A stretch of 64,000 nt of DNA from Candidatus Latescibacterota bacterium (GCA_965248755.1 OZ252149.1:2048001-2112000); one strand, 5' to 3'. Numbered from the stretch's first letter, positions 50,490 through 60,701 are shown. The notes: a model not told the origin generated them from the sequence alone. Made by a program: numbers and translations.

Positions 50490-52181
50490 ATGGAAAAATT
50501 AGACCCCATACAATTAGAAGTCCTCTGGAACAGGCTGATCTCCATCACACAGGAGCAGGCCGCCGCTCTGATACGGTCGTCCTTCACCACGGTCGTGAGA
50601 GAGGCGGAGGACATATCGGCCGGGGTGTTCGACACGAGGGGCAACATGGTAGCCCAGGCGATCACGGGGACTCCGGGCCATATAAATAGCATGGCAAACG
50701 CAGTCAGATTCTTCCTTGAGAGGTATCCTTTAGAGTCCCTCAGACCCGGAGACACGCTCATTAGCAACGATCCCTGGCTTACGTCGGGACATCTCAACGA
50801 CATCACTGTAGTCACTCCTACTTTCAAAGGTGACAGACCTGTAGGTCTCTTTGCGAACATCTGCCACGCTATGGACATTGGCGGAAGGACGATGGGAGCC
50901 GATGCCCGCGAGGTCTTCGAAGAGGGACTCTACATCCCTGTTATGAAGCTCTGCAACAAGGGTGAATTCGATCAGACCTTAATTAGACTCATCCGGGCTA
51001 ACGTCCGAGTCCCTGACCTGGTAATGGGTGATATAACCGCCCAGGTATCGGCCAACGAAGTCGGTTCTGAAAAACTTTCTGAGTGCATGGACGAATATGG
51101 TCTCGATACCATCGAGCCCCTATCAGATGCGATAATCGATCGCTCGGAAGAGGCCATGAGAGATGCTATATCAGAGATCCCGAACGGCACGTATAGAGAT
51201 GAAATACGCATGGACGGCTTCGACGAAGACATAATCGTCAAAGTGGCCATAACCGTCGAGGACAGAGACATCAACGTGGACTACACGGGGACGTCTCAAG
51301 AATCCGACAGGGGCATAAACGTGGTGTTCAACTACTGCCACGCCTACACCACATATCCGCTCAAGTGCGCTGTCAACCCCGAAGTCCCCAACAACGAAGG
51401 AAGCTTCAGACCCGTGACGGTCCATGCTCCCGAAGGTTGCATACTCAACGCCCTGTGGCCTGCACCAGTAAGCGGAAGACACATACTCGGACACTTCCTC
51501 TACGGTGCTATCTTCGGCGCCCTTTCCAAGGTCATGCCCGAAAGGGTCACAGCCGAAGGCTCGTCCAACTTATGGAACACGCAGTTTGACGGATACGATC
51601 AAAATGGTCAGAAGTTTGCATACATCTACTTTTCATCGGGAGGGACAGGCGCCCGCCCCACCTCAGATGGTATCTCCGCTGCGGCATTCCCCAGCGGCGT
51701 CCTCGGAGTCCCGGCCGAGGTCATAGAGAACGTATCCCCGCTCTTTATGAAAAGGCGGGAGCTCATCTCCGACTCAGGCGGACCCGGTAAATTCAGGGGC
51801 GGCCTCGGACAGAAGATGGTCATAAGCGTAAGGAGCGACAGGCCCGCCGTACACTCCTGTATGTACGACCGCATAAAGAATCCGGCCAGAGGGTTTGCAG
51901 GTGGCAGTCCCGGAAGACCCGGAAGCTTTTATCTTTCCCATGGAACTTATCCACATCCAAAACGTAGGTACGTATTGGAGCCCGGAGTCGAAGTCCATCT
52001 GGACCTCCCCGGCGGGGGCGGCTTCTACCTGCCTTCTGAAAGGGACGCCGAAATGGTCCTAAAAGACGTGATAAACGGACTCGTCTCCGTAAAGAGCGCA
52101 AAAGAGGACTACAAAGTGTGGATAGATGAGAAGGCTATGACTATAGATTACGAAAAGACGGAGCAACTACGCTTAAAGTAG
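50490..52181 (+). CDS. Hydantoinase B/oxoprolinase subunit
   Basis: NDPW..GHLND, H..DIGG, EEGL, DSGGPG.FRGGLG, PGGGG. Confidence 0.93.
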   Translation: MEKLDPIQLEVLWNRLISITQEQAAALIRSSFTTVVREAEDISAGVFDTRGNMVAQAITGTPGHINSMANAVRFFLERYPLESLRPGDTLISNDPWLTSGHLNDITVVTPTFKGDRPVGLFANICHAMDIGGRTMGADAREVFEEGLYIPVMKLCNKGEFDQTLIRLIRANVRVPDLVMGDITAQVSANEVGSEKLSECMDEYGLDTIEPLSDAIIDRSEEAMRDAISEIPNGTYRDEIRMDGFDEDIIVKVAITVEDRDINVDYTGTSQESDRGINVVFNYCHAYTTYPLKCAVNPEVPNNEGSFRPVTVHAPEGCILNALWPAPVSGRHILGHFLYGAIFGALSKVMPERVTAEGSSNLWNTQFDGYDQNGQKFAYIYFSSGGTGARPTSDGISAAAFPSGVLGVPAEVIENVSPLFMKRRELISDSGGPGKFRGGLGQKMVISVRSDRPAVHSCMYDRIKNPARGFAGGSPGRPGSFYLSHGTYPHPKRRYVLEPGVEVHLDLPGGGGFYLPSERDAEMVLKDVINGLVSVKSAKEDYKVWIDEKAMTIDYEKTEQLRLK

Positions 52182-52302
52182 GGGAGAACCCATCAGATAG
52201 TAGCCGGAGAGGTGGAGCAGCGATCCACGAAGTGGTTCGCCCAAATTTAAAGGGCAGACACACGGGTCTGCCCCTACCCACTTATTAGGAGACCGATCCC
52301 CT

Positions 52303-53778
52303 ATGATTTTCCGCAGTCTTACTATCGCCATAGTTCCAGTCTTAGCATTTTTCTCGTGTGTTTCCGCGCAAAAAGTTAAACTCGACCTGTATGAAATGAG
52401 CCTCTGTCCCCACTGTGCAGAGGCGGAAAGGGTTATCCATCGGGTTATACAAGACCTTTCGGGATACATCAACTTTGACCTGTACTACGTGGCAGATTTA
52501 AGAGAAGACGGAACGATAGAGAGCCTCAGGGGAGAAGAGGAAGTAAACGAGGACCTTCGCCGCATAGCCATTTGGGAACTCTATGCCGAAAAATTCTGGG
52601 ACTATACACAGCTGAGAAATGTCACTGTTCCAGAGGCTCCCTGGCAGGAATCGGCTCTGAAAGTTGAGATCGCTCCTAAACAAATTGAAGCCTACATCGA
52701 AAGTGGTAAAGCCGAAGAGAGCTTGCGATCGCACATATCGAGGACCGACAGTCTCAAAATCTTCGATTCTCCGACCATCTATATAGACGGAAAACCCTAC
52801 GAAGATTCTATAGAACGGTTCGCTCTCCTCAAGGCCATCTGCGCAAGATTAGATTATGAACCGCTAGCCTGCAAATCCGTCCCCACGTGTTCCCGAGACG
52901 CGGACTGCTTAAAAGAGGGCTACATCGGGACCTGCCTAAAGCCGGGGACTTTGGAATCCAGATGCATTTACGAGAAGACCAGACCTATCCCTCTGACGAT
53001 CGTCTATCACAAAGATGCGCACTTCACCAACGAAGCCCAGATCGTCCAGTCCACAAAGGTACTCTTCCCTGGGGTACGGATCAGGAGAGTTTCCCACAAC
53101 TCCTACGAGGGCAAACTACTCATCATACAACACAACCTAAGGAAGCTTCCCGCCTACATATTCGGAGAGGGACTGCTTGAGGACAAGAACTTCCCTCAGA
53201 TCAAGAGTAGGATCTATGAGAGCCGGGGTGTTTATCTTATCTTCCCTGAAGCCGTCGGAGCGTCTGTTCTGATCGAAAGAGAAAGGACTCCCGGGCGGGC
53301 TGACATCTTCGTTTCGAGCGTCTCCTCAAGAGCGTTAGGAGTCATCAGAGATACAATGGCACACATGGAGGGCTATGAAGGACCCCAAAACGTCTACATC
53401 CACTACGTAACCCGAAAGAATAGAGATGGCGAACTTGTCGCCGGCGGCGGCAGATACGAAGTTGAAGAATCGATAAGACAGCTTGTAGTCAACAAGTTCT
53501 ATGCTGAAAAATATCCGGAATATATAAGGGCCAAGATTCGGTCCGGGGGAAGCTCGTACTGGGAGGAGACTGTAGAAGCCGTAGGCCTGGATCCTGATAC
53601 GATAAAGGCAATAGCAAGAAGCGAAACCGGGCTATCGCTCCTTAAAGAGGACGCCCGGCTATCTGAAGAACTCGGCATAACTGGCGAAATAGTCTTTCTG
53701 ATAGACAACCAGGAACTGGTCACCATCGCTGAAAAAGAACAACTCCAAACTATCTTAAACTACATTTTTCCAAGGTAA
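52303..53778 (+). CDS. Exported multi-thioredoxin-fold (GILT/DsbA-like) protein
   Basis: Signal; LYEMSLCPHC; SLRGEEEV.ED; SPTIYIDG; Cys-rich linker; second Cys-less repeat. Confidence 0.7.
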   Translation: MIFRSLTIAIVPVLAFFSCVSAQKVKLDLYEMSLCPHCAEAERVIHRVIQDLSGYINFDLYYVADLREDGTIESLRGEEEVNEDLRRIAIWELYAEKFWDYTQLRNVTVPEAPWQESALKVEIAPKQIEAYIESGKAEESLRSHISRTDSLKIFDSPTIYIDGKPYEDSIERFALLKAICARLDYEPLACKSVPTCSRDADCLKEGYIGTCLKPGTLESRCIYEKTRPIPLTIVYHKDAHFTNEAQIVQSTKVLFPGVRIRRVSHNSYEGKLLIIQHNLRKLPAYIFGEGLLEDKNFPQIKSRIYESRGVYLIFPEAVGASVLIERERTPGRADIFVSSVSSRALGVIRDTMAHMEGYEGPQNVYIHYVTRKNRDGELVAGGGRYEVEESIRQLVVNKFYAEKYPEYIRAKIRSGGSSYWEETVEAVGLDPDTIKAIARSETGLSLLKEDARLSEELGITGEIVFLIDNQELVTIAEKEQLQTILNYIFPR

Positions 53779-54068
53779 TAGACAGCGTACAGAGCAGGTC
53801 TGCTTCCTTGCGAAAAACAACGACGGTAAATACGGATGGGAGCAGGTGCCGCTTTCTACTGACTACGAGCTTGCTTGGCTGTCCCCGACCCCCAATTGAA
53901 TCTAATGGGGGCTCAATCGGAGATCGCAGTGACGTTGCGTGGCTTATACCTTAAATCATGGAGCGCTCTTTCTTTTTGTCATTGCGAGGTGCCAAACCCT
54001 GAAGCAATCTCACCTGTCCACTGAATAGACAAGAATCTCTGTTTTACTGTCTACTGATTTTTCAAGTT

Positions 54069-55076
54069 CTATTTCACTCTTGAGATCAACTCTTGAGTAA
54101 ACTCAGTCGTGCTCAAATTTCCCCCCAGGTCGCGAGTACTTTTCCCCTCCTTCAGAAGATCCCAAAGGCAGTCCTTTACAGTATTGGCGGTCTGGACTTC
54201 ATGCAGATGCTCAATGAGCATCGTTAAAGCTAAAAAGGCTGCCGTAGGATTTGCAACGTCCTTTCCCGCTATATCAGGAGCTGTCCCTCCCACAGGATCG
54301 AACATAGCAAAACGCACGCGCCCTTTGCTGTCAAAGGCATACGACCCGCTTGCCCCAAGCCCAATTGAGCCCACAAGCCCGCACGCCATATCGGATAGAA
54401 AATCTCCGTATTCGTTGGGGACAACTATAACATCGAAGTCCTGGGGATTCAGGATAATCTCGGCTAAAAGGGCATCGAAAAGTTCAACTCTATATTCCAC
54501 ATCGGGATAGTCTTTGGCCACGTCCGCCACTACCTTTTGAAAGAGGCCATCTGTGGCTTTCTGGATAGTATACTTAGAGGACGATGTCACTGTTTTCCCT
54601 GTCTTCCGCGCCAGTTCAAAAGCATAGATCGCAGCCTTTCTGCAGGGATCCTTTTCGATGATCCTGATTGAGACGGCGCCATCTTTTCCTATCAATATTC
54701 CGGGGTCTTCGTACGTCCCTCCCGTCGCCACCCGTATAACATCCAGCTTTAGCGCCTTTTTGAAATTGCTCTGCACTCCGGGGATCGTAGCCACCGGGCG
54801 ATGGATCAGGCTGAAGTCGAACATCCGCCTCAAGACAACGTTAGGGCTTTTCTTTTGTGTTATCGTCGGATATTTTAGAGCCACTTTCGTCATTTTTATA
54901 GAGTCGTGGGCTCTGTCATATATCTTTCTGTCCTCCTGCTCTCGCCTTTCTACACTCAGATCCACAGGGAAAAACTTCAGTTCCACAGGTAAAGCGTCTG
55001 ATAACGTTTGGACTGCTCGTCTCAGTTCATCCGATATACCGTCTCCCAGGAACTCCGTAACCTGATGAGTTATCAT
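54069..55076 (-). CDS. Isocitrate/isopropylmalate dehydrogenase family protein
   Basis: GDGI, NEYGDFLSD..GLVGSIGL, GTAPDIAGK..ANPTA, TRDLGG. Confidence 0.9.
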   Translation of the reverse strand: MITHQVTEFLGDGISDELRRAVQTLSDALPVELKFFPVDLSVERREQEDRKIYDRAHDSIKMTKVALKYPTITQKKSPNVVLRRMFDFSLIHRPVATIPGVQSNFKKALKLDVIRVATGGTYEDPGILIGKDGAVSIRIIEKDPCRKAAIYAFELARKTGKTVTSSSKYTIQKATDGLFQKVVADVAKDYPDVEYRVELFDALLAEIILNPQDFDVIVVPNEYGDFLSDMACGLVGSIGLGASGSYAFDSKGRVRFAMFDPVGGTAPDIAGKDVANPTAAFLALTMLIEHLHEVQTANTVKDCLWDLLKEGKSTRDLGGNLSTTEFTQELISRVK

Positions 55077-55675
55077 CAGATATCCTTTACAGTATCCCTG
55101 TAGGCATCTCCAATAATCTGCCAGTCCTGGTACATCATCTTCTTTTTAGCCTTTATGGTTTCGGGATCTCCGTATAGAGCGCTGGCAGGGTTAAACGTTA
55201 GAAACGTCTTGTACTCCTTATCCTTTGTCTGGGTCACGTACCAGCCCCTCAGTTCCTCAAGCTTCCCCTGTAAATTAAGCAGATGGAGCATAGGGAGTCT
55301 TCCCATCGCCACTGCAAAAGTAGGATCCACCAATTCTATCTCTGTTATAAGCCTATCGTGACAGGCTCTTATCTCTGAAACCCTTGGCGATCTATCGTTG
55401 GGAGCCCGGCACAACACTACATTTGTGAGATATGCGTCACTCTTGGGGATTTCCACTTTAGGCGCCGCAAGGATCTTGTCCAAAAGCTCGCCAGCGGATC
55501 CGCTAAAAGGTATCCCTGTTGCCTCATCGTTCCTGACCGGTCTTTCTGCTACAAGGAGCACCTTCGAATGGGGGAAGCCCCACCCGAACACCACTTTTTT
55601 CCTGCTCTTATGCAGATCGCATAGTTCGCAATTCTTATAGTTCCTCTCAAGCTCACGAAGTGTTAGTCTATTCAT
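55076..55675 (-). CDS. Family-4-like uracil-DNA glycosylase (4Fe-4S)
   Basis: CELCDL..R..VVFG.G, G.PF.G.AG.LLD, TNVVLCR.P..R.P...E..AC. Confidence 0.85.
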   Translation of the reverse strand: MNRLTLRELERNYKNCELCDLHKSRKKVVFGWGFPHSKVLLVAERPVRNDEATGIPFSGSAGELLDKILAAPKVEIPKSDAYLTNVVLCRAPNDRSPRVSEIRACHDRLITEIELVDPTFAVAMGRLPMLHLLNLQGKLEELRGWYVTQTKDKEYKTFLTFNPASALYGDPETIKAKKKMMYQDWQIIGDAYRDTVKDI

Positions 55676-56195
55676 CACACATAAACCCAAATTGAAAATA
55701 TGTAGCGCCTGAACTCTTATAACTTAACAGCTGTTGGGGATGTCCCTCCACAGAGGAAGCACAACTCGGCTTAAAGTTCTGAGTAGCCGAGAAGTCCCAT
55801 CCTACGAAGAAATTCACTTTGAAGTTTCCCCCCCGAAGTTCCTGCTGATCACACTTGCCGGACCATAAACTGTCAGCGTCTTAAACCTTAAGTAGTAGTA
55901 AACCATGGCTCTTGGAGCACTACTGTCGCCCTCGATTGGGCGATACGCTCTGCAAAGAGGAACCCCTTTTCCGCCTCACTCGGAAACGACACGCCCTTTG
56001 CTTCAGAAGTCACCGGACGTATTTTATATATTCCCCGAAAAGAACGTGCACCCACATCTCGTACAGCCTTCGTTAAAGAACAGTACCAAGAAAGACTCTA
56101 CTTCATGCAAATTAAAGAGGACAAGCTAGAAAGTCAAGCAAAAAAGCTAACTAGACGAAACAAACAGAAAGATATATCTATCGAATAATCGTCCG

Positions 56196-57306
56196 GTAAA
56201 GGCACATGATATGCACTCTTGACATAGTTAGAGAGTCGAGAGTCGAGAGTCAAGATTGGGAAGTTAAAAAGTTGAGGGTCGAGGTTTTCTGTGCGTTCGT
56301 GTTGGGCGGCTATTTGTAAAGTGGTTTTGAAGTCTTTGTAGCTATTATGTCTTTGGGTATTGAACAGCCATTGATAGGTTTGGAGTTTTAGACAGAGGTT
56401 GGAACGGTTGATAGTCTTGATGGTGTCGTAGAATTCATATTCGATTAGGCCGTGGGCGCGTTCTACATCGGATTGGTGGGTAGTTGCTCCAGGTGGGATG
56501 CGTTTATGTTTTACTCCTTGTCGTTCGATAAGGATGGTAAAGAGGGTCTTTTTGAGGGCATCCTTCTGTATTGACGAATTGGCTGCCGTTGTCGGTTTGG
56601 ATCTTTCGTGGATAGACCTTGTGGTCTTCCAGGTGTTGGAGTAATGCTTCGGCGAAGATGCAGGAGTTGATGAGGGTCTGTTCGTCTGCCAGGCTTACAA
56701 AAAGAGCCCCTGTTTTGACGTCTCTGGCAGTATACTGGAACATAGGGAGTTGGGCACCTGTTTTGTAGTGTTGTTTCAGGTAGTTGGGGATGTCGCACAG
56801 ATGTTTGACATCGATCTGGATATGTTCATAGGGACGTAATTTCTTCTCGCACTGGTAAGCCAGCACTTTTCTTTTCCACTTTCGTTTACGTCTTTTAAAG
56901 AGATCATGCTTATCTAGTTAGCCTAAGCAGTCGGTTTGGAAGGTATTTGACTGACTTGAACATTGTGTGTTCGGAGGAAACCTGGTAGATATGGGTATCC
57001 CAAACAAGCATAGACCTGTCGGAACTCTACAAAAAGCTATTTGATTTTCTTTGGGAAGGCATATTAAGGTTTATTGGTGCTTTGGTGTCATTTGGTAGAC
57101 TCTTGATGGATCGATCTTGTCGATAGCAGTTGAGCTACTTTCTGACGCTCTGGACCACCTTTTTCGCAGCTCGACAGGATTACGATTAAGAACAAGAACA
57201 TCGCTATAAGTGATTGCATTCTCCATGGTATCTACCCTCCTTTTTTCAGTCCTCACCTAAATATAGGCAAAATTATCCCGTGAGGGTGGATACCATGTGC
57301 CTTTAC
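56196..57306 (-). mobile_element. Decayed IS481-like (rve integrase core) insertion sequence with terminal inverted repeats
   Basis: IRs GTAAAGGCACATGATATGCACTCT / GTAAAGGCACATGGTATCCACCCT (21/24); fragments IQIDVK, FQYTARD, IQTDNGSQF, IPPG...SDVERAH in several frames. Confidence 0.8.
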
Positions 57307-57330
57307 TCTTCTAAAATCACAATTTCTCAC

Positions 57331-57359
57331 TTGACTTAAACCCACAGCTATCTTATCTT
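57331..57359 (+). promoter_or_regulatory. Sigma70-type promoter of the nuo operon
   Basis: TTGACT-17 nt-TATCTT. Confidence 0.55.
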
Positions 57360-57523
57360 TTAAACCTTAACCCTTTTCCCCAAAAAAGTTCTTCGACCAC
57401 TTCGCCACTTCGTGCCCCCTGCAAAAAGGGGGTCGCAGCGACGCACGCAGTGCCCACGCTACCTTTGGGGAGGACCTTCAAAGCCCAAAATTACATTCTA
57501 TAAAGTTAAGGAGCTAGAAAGCC

Positions 57524-57907
57524 ATGCTCACAGATTATGCAGGTGTACTTATCTTCCTTACGGTCGGGACACTCTTTATTTTGGTAAGTCTGACTTTAGC
57601 CAGAATCTTCCGCGCTAATGATCCGACACCTGAAAAGCTGACGCCCTACGAGTGCGGCGAGGAACCTGAGGGCGGAGCCTGGATACAGTTCAACATAAGG
57701 TTTTACATTATAGCTTTGATTTTCATAATATTCGACGTAGAGATCGTCTTCCTCTTCCCCTGGGCTGTGGTCTACAAGAGTCTGGGCTTTTTCGCCCTTG
57801 TGGAGATGATGATCTTTGTATCTATACTCCTTGTGGGGCTTGCCTATGTCTGGAAGAAAGGTGACCTTGAATGGGTCAAGCCTCAGTCGCCTTATGGAAA
57901 CAAGTAG
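57524..57907 (+). CDS. nuoA: NADH-quinone oxidoreductase subunit A
   Basis: K..PYECGE, FIIFDVE..FLFPWA, WKKG.LEW. Confidence 0.96.
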   Translation: MLTDYAGVLIFLTVGTLFILVSLTLARIFRANDPTPEKLTPYECGEEPEGGAWIQFNIRFYIIALIFIIFDVEIVFLFPWAVVYKSLGFFALVEMMIFVSILLVGLAYVWKKGDLEWVKPQSPYGNK

Positions 57908-57989
57908 ACAGTAGCCCACGATAGATTCAATCGGGGGTAGAAAGAGGCGACACTTCCTATCCCTTTACCGTTTACTAATGTAGAGAAAT

Positions 57990-59093
57990 ATGGAATCCTT
58001 TGTAGACACGGTCATCGACTTAGTATCCCCTTTATCCCAACTTTCCCGGGATTGGGTGTATCTGGGGCTTACTCTGCAGGATTGGGTATATCTGGGGCTT
58101 ACTCTGGTCGGATGCGCCTCCGTTTTGGGATTTATCTCGGTCTTTGCCCTATTTGCTATCTGGCTGGAGCGCAAGGTCTCAGCCCATATGCAGGACAGAC
58201 TCGGACCCATGAGGGTCGGGGGATGGCACGGTTGGGCGCAGACTATCGCTGACGGGATTAAACTCTTTTTGAAAGAGGACATCATCCCGGCTATGGCGGA
58301 CAGAAAGCTCTTCACCTTAGCTCCTCTTGTCGTATTTGTCGGCTCATTCGCGGTCTTTGTGGCCGTTCCCTTCGGGGATAGATTGATAGTTCGGGATCTG
58401 AACATAGGGATCTTTTATATCCTTGCGATATCCTCCCTGGTGGTTATTGGGGTTGTAATGGCAGGTTGGTCATCTAACAACAAGTGGTCGCTTTTGGGGG
58501 CTATGCGCTCTGCCGCCCAGGTAGTAAGTTACGAAATACCCGTTGCGCTTGCCCTTTTATCCGTCATAATGATAGTCGGAAGCTTGAGTATGCAGGACAT
58601 AGTCAAAGACCAGAGTGGCGGATTTTTGAACTGGTTCATCTTCAGGAACCCGTTCACTTTTTTGGCCTTCTTCATATACTTTGTGGCCTCGCTTTCTGAG
58701 GTCAACCGGACCCCTTTTGACATCCCAGAAGCCGAGTCAGAATTGGTTGCAGGATACCACACGGAATACAGCGGAATGAGATTTTCCTTCTTTTTTATAG
58801 CCGAATACGCAAACATGTTCGCCGTCAGCGCCATAGCGACCACGATCTTTTTGGGAGGATGGCAAGCGCCCTGGGGAGACCCCATAGTCGCGGATGGCGC
58901 CATCTGGTTTATAGGCAAAGCCACCTTCCTTGTCTTTGTGCAGATGTGGATTAGGTGGACACTCCCAAGACTCAGAGTAGATCAACTTATGTACATCGGA
59001 TGGAAAGTCCTTACGCCATTTTCGTTTGCCAATATAATTGGAGTAGGATTATGGATGTACATCTTCGACTTGTTTGATAAAGTGCAAGGATGA
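57990..59093 (+). CDS. nuoH: NADH-quinone oxidoreductase subunit H
   Basis: ERKV.A.MQ.R.GP, AQ..SYE, NRTPFD.PEAESEL..G..TEY, PR.R.DQ. Confidence 0.96.
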   Translation: MESFVDTVIDLVSPLSQLSRDWVYLGLTLQDWVYLGLTLVGCASVLGFISVFALFAIWLERKVSAHMQDRLGPMRVGGWHGWAQTIADGIKLFLKEDIIPAMADRKLFTLAPLVVFVGSFAVFVAVPFGDRLIVRDLNIGIFYILAISSLVVIGVVMAGWSSNNKWSLLGAMRSAAQVVSYEIPVALALLSVIMIVGSLSMQDIVKDQSGGFLNWFIFRNPFTFLAFFIYFVASLSEVNRTPFDIPEAESELVAGYHTEYSGMRFSFFFIAEYANMFAVSAIATTIFLGGWQAPWGDPIVADGAIWFIGKATFLVFVQMWIRWTLPRLRVDQLMYIGWKVLTPFSFANIIGVGLWMYIFDLFDKVQG

Positions 59094-59094
59094 G

Positions 59095-59610
59095 ATGACC
59101 GCCTCAGATATAATATTCTACATCTTCGCTTTCATAACCGTCGGTTCGGGGGCCGTCGTAGTCTTTTCAAAAAGGATAGTCTATTCGGCCTTTGCCCTCC
59201 TCTTTACCTTCTTCGGAGTTGCAGGACTCTACATCTTACTTTCCGCTGACTTCCTCGCCGCCACACAGGTCATAATCTACGTAGGAGGCATACTGGTCCT
59301 CCTTTTATTCGGAGTTATGATGACCCACAGAGTATATGACGTCCAGATCAGACAGCAGAGGATCAATTTTCTACCTGGAATGTTAGTGGTAATCTTCGTC
59401 TTCGCCATGCTGCTGACAGTTATCTTCAACAAAGATTCCTGGATGCCTCCCGTCGAGAAGGAGATTACGTCTACGACGTCACAGATCGGAAACATGCTTA
59501 TGACGGACTTCCTACTCCCGTTTGAAGTAGCCTCGGTTCTTTTGTTGATCGCACTTATGGGGGCTGCACTTATAGCGCGAAGAGAAAAAGGCGAGGGAGG
59601 GAAAAGATGA
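59095..59610 (+). CDS. nuoJ: NADH-quinone oxidoreductase subunit J
   Basis: A.F.A..QV..YVGGI.VL.LF.VM, PFE..SV.LL.A..GA. Confidence 0.95.
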   Translation: MTASDIIFYIFAFITVGSGAVVVFSKRIVYSAFALLFTFFGVAGLYILLSADFLAATQVIIYVGGILVLLLFGVMMTHRVYDVQIRQQRINFLPGMLVVIFVFAMLLTVIFNKDSWMPPVEKEITSTTSQIGNMLMTDFLLPFEVASVLLLIALMGAALIARREKGEGGKR

Positions 59611-59912
59611 TAACTTTGGAACACTACCTTGTAGTGAGCGCAATTCTCTTTTGCCTTGGAGCCTTCGGCGTAATAACCAGAAGGAACGCTGTAAGCATCC
59701 TTATGGGGATAGAGCTTATCTTAAACTCTGCCAATATAAATTTTGTAGCTTTTGCTCGCTATACCGCGCAGGGACTCGAAGGGCAGGTGGTGGCGATCTT
59801 CGTGATCACATTGGCCGCCGCCGAAGCCGCAGTAGCATTAGCGATTGTGCTGAACATATACAGGAGCTTCCACATTATAGATGTAGACGAGGCGGACGCC
59901 CTGAAAGAGTGA
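59607..59912 (+). CDS. nuoK: NADH-quinone oxidoreductase subunit K
   Basis: RRN...LMGIELILN, AAAEAAVALA. Confidence 0.96.
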   Translation: MITLEHYLVVSAILFCLGAFGVITRRNAVSILMGIELILNSANINFVAFARYTAQGLEGQVVAIFVITLAAAEAAVALAIVLNIYRSFHIIDVDEADALKE

Positions 59913-59993
59913 CTTGTGGCAGGTTTATGCAGACTGTATAATCACAGTTAGGGCGACTCGCACGCACATGCACAACGCAATATGAGGAGAAAT

Positions 59994-60701
59994 ATGCTTG
60001 ATCGAATCTCAGACGGGCGCACCGACTTGGTGTTCGATTATCTATCAGAAGGCCATGCCGCCAACTCCGTGGACAGAAATGGAGTGTCTCTAATCAAATG
60101 GTGCGCTTATTACGGCGATGTCAGTGCAATACGATTCCTGCTCGCCAACGGTGAATCACTCGAGTCGTTCGGAGAAAACCTCGACCTCAACGGCGCTGCG
60201 TTTCAAGGGCACTGGCAACTATGCCAGTTTCTCATCGAAAATGGCGCTGACGTAAATCATCCTCTGCCGGATACAGGAGAGACGCCACTGCACGCGGCCT
60301 TATGCAAAGCCAATCGCCCTGCATACAACCACGTCATCAAAATTCTACTCGCCAATGGTGCGAATCCCAATTGCGTGACAAAGGAATCCGTTGAAACGGG
60401 TTGCTTCATGCGAGATTGCAGAACGAAAGCCGAAACACCCCTCCATCGTGCCGCCGCCTTTGGCACCGAAGAGGCCATCCAACTTCTTCTGGATGCAGGC
60501 GCGACCATCGATGCCAAAGACATGAATGGAGATTCTCCGATCACCTGGGCCAGTTGGCACCTGCGCCCGGACTTCATTCTCAAGAAACTCTGTTACGGTG
60601 ACTTTTCCATTCATCCAGATAGAATAGCGCGCTCCATAAGCTACCGCGGCACCGGCTGGAGTCCCATGGAATCCTTTCTACTTGGGGAACCACATGTCTG
60701 A
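59994..60701 (+). CDS. Ankyrin repeat protein, apparent gene-cassette insertion
   Basis: GETPLHAA, ETPLHRAA, LL..GA..N/D repeats; flanked by GTTAGGG and GCCTAACAAGCGCATGAAGCTGAC. Confidence 0.9.
   Translation: MLDRISDGRTDLVFDYLSEGHAANSVDRNGVSLIKWCAYYGDVSAIRFLLANGESLESFGENLDLNGAAFQGHWQLCQFLIENGADVNHPLPDTGETPLHAALCKANRPAYNHVIKILLANGANPNCVTKESVETGCFMRDCRTKAETPLHRAAAFGTEEAIQLLLDAGATIDAKDMNGDSPITWASWHLRPDFILKKLCYGDFSIHPDRIARSISYRGTGWSPMESFLLGEPHV

Larger units (their letters stand above)
5972..54011. repeat. Dispersed REP-like families GTCATTGCGAG..GAAGCAATCTC and GTAGGGGCR..YGCCC
   Basis: Examples at about 5972, 22660, 24100, 26944, 32006, 53978 (first family) and 5847, 17587, 20893, 26898, 46590, 52252 (second family). 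Confidence 0.8.
5927..57936. repeat. Dispersed 21-bp palindromic element CCCCGATTGAATCTATCGGGG (either orientation), about 15 copies
   Basis: Copies start at 5927, 8426, 11132, 16256, 20969, 22741, 24157, 24898, 32115, 34468, 37499, 41696, 49697, 53890, 57916. Confidence 0.9.

Noticed and set aside
5927..57936. 21-bp palindrome as a CRISPR repeat or transcription-factor operator
   Set aside because: Copies are dispersed rather than regularly spaced, and occur in CDS, at 3' ends and inside other REPs with no consistent promoter position.
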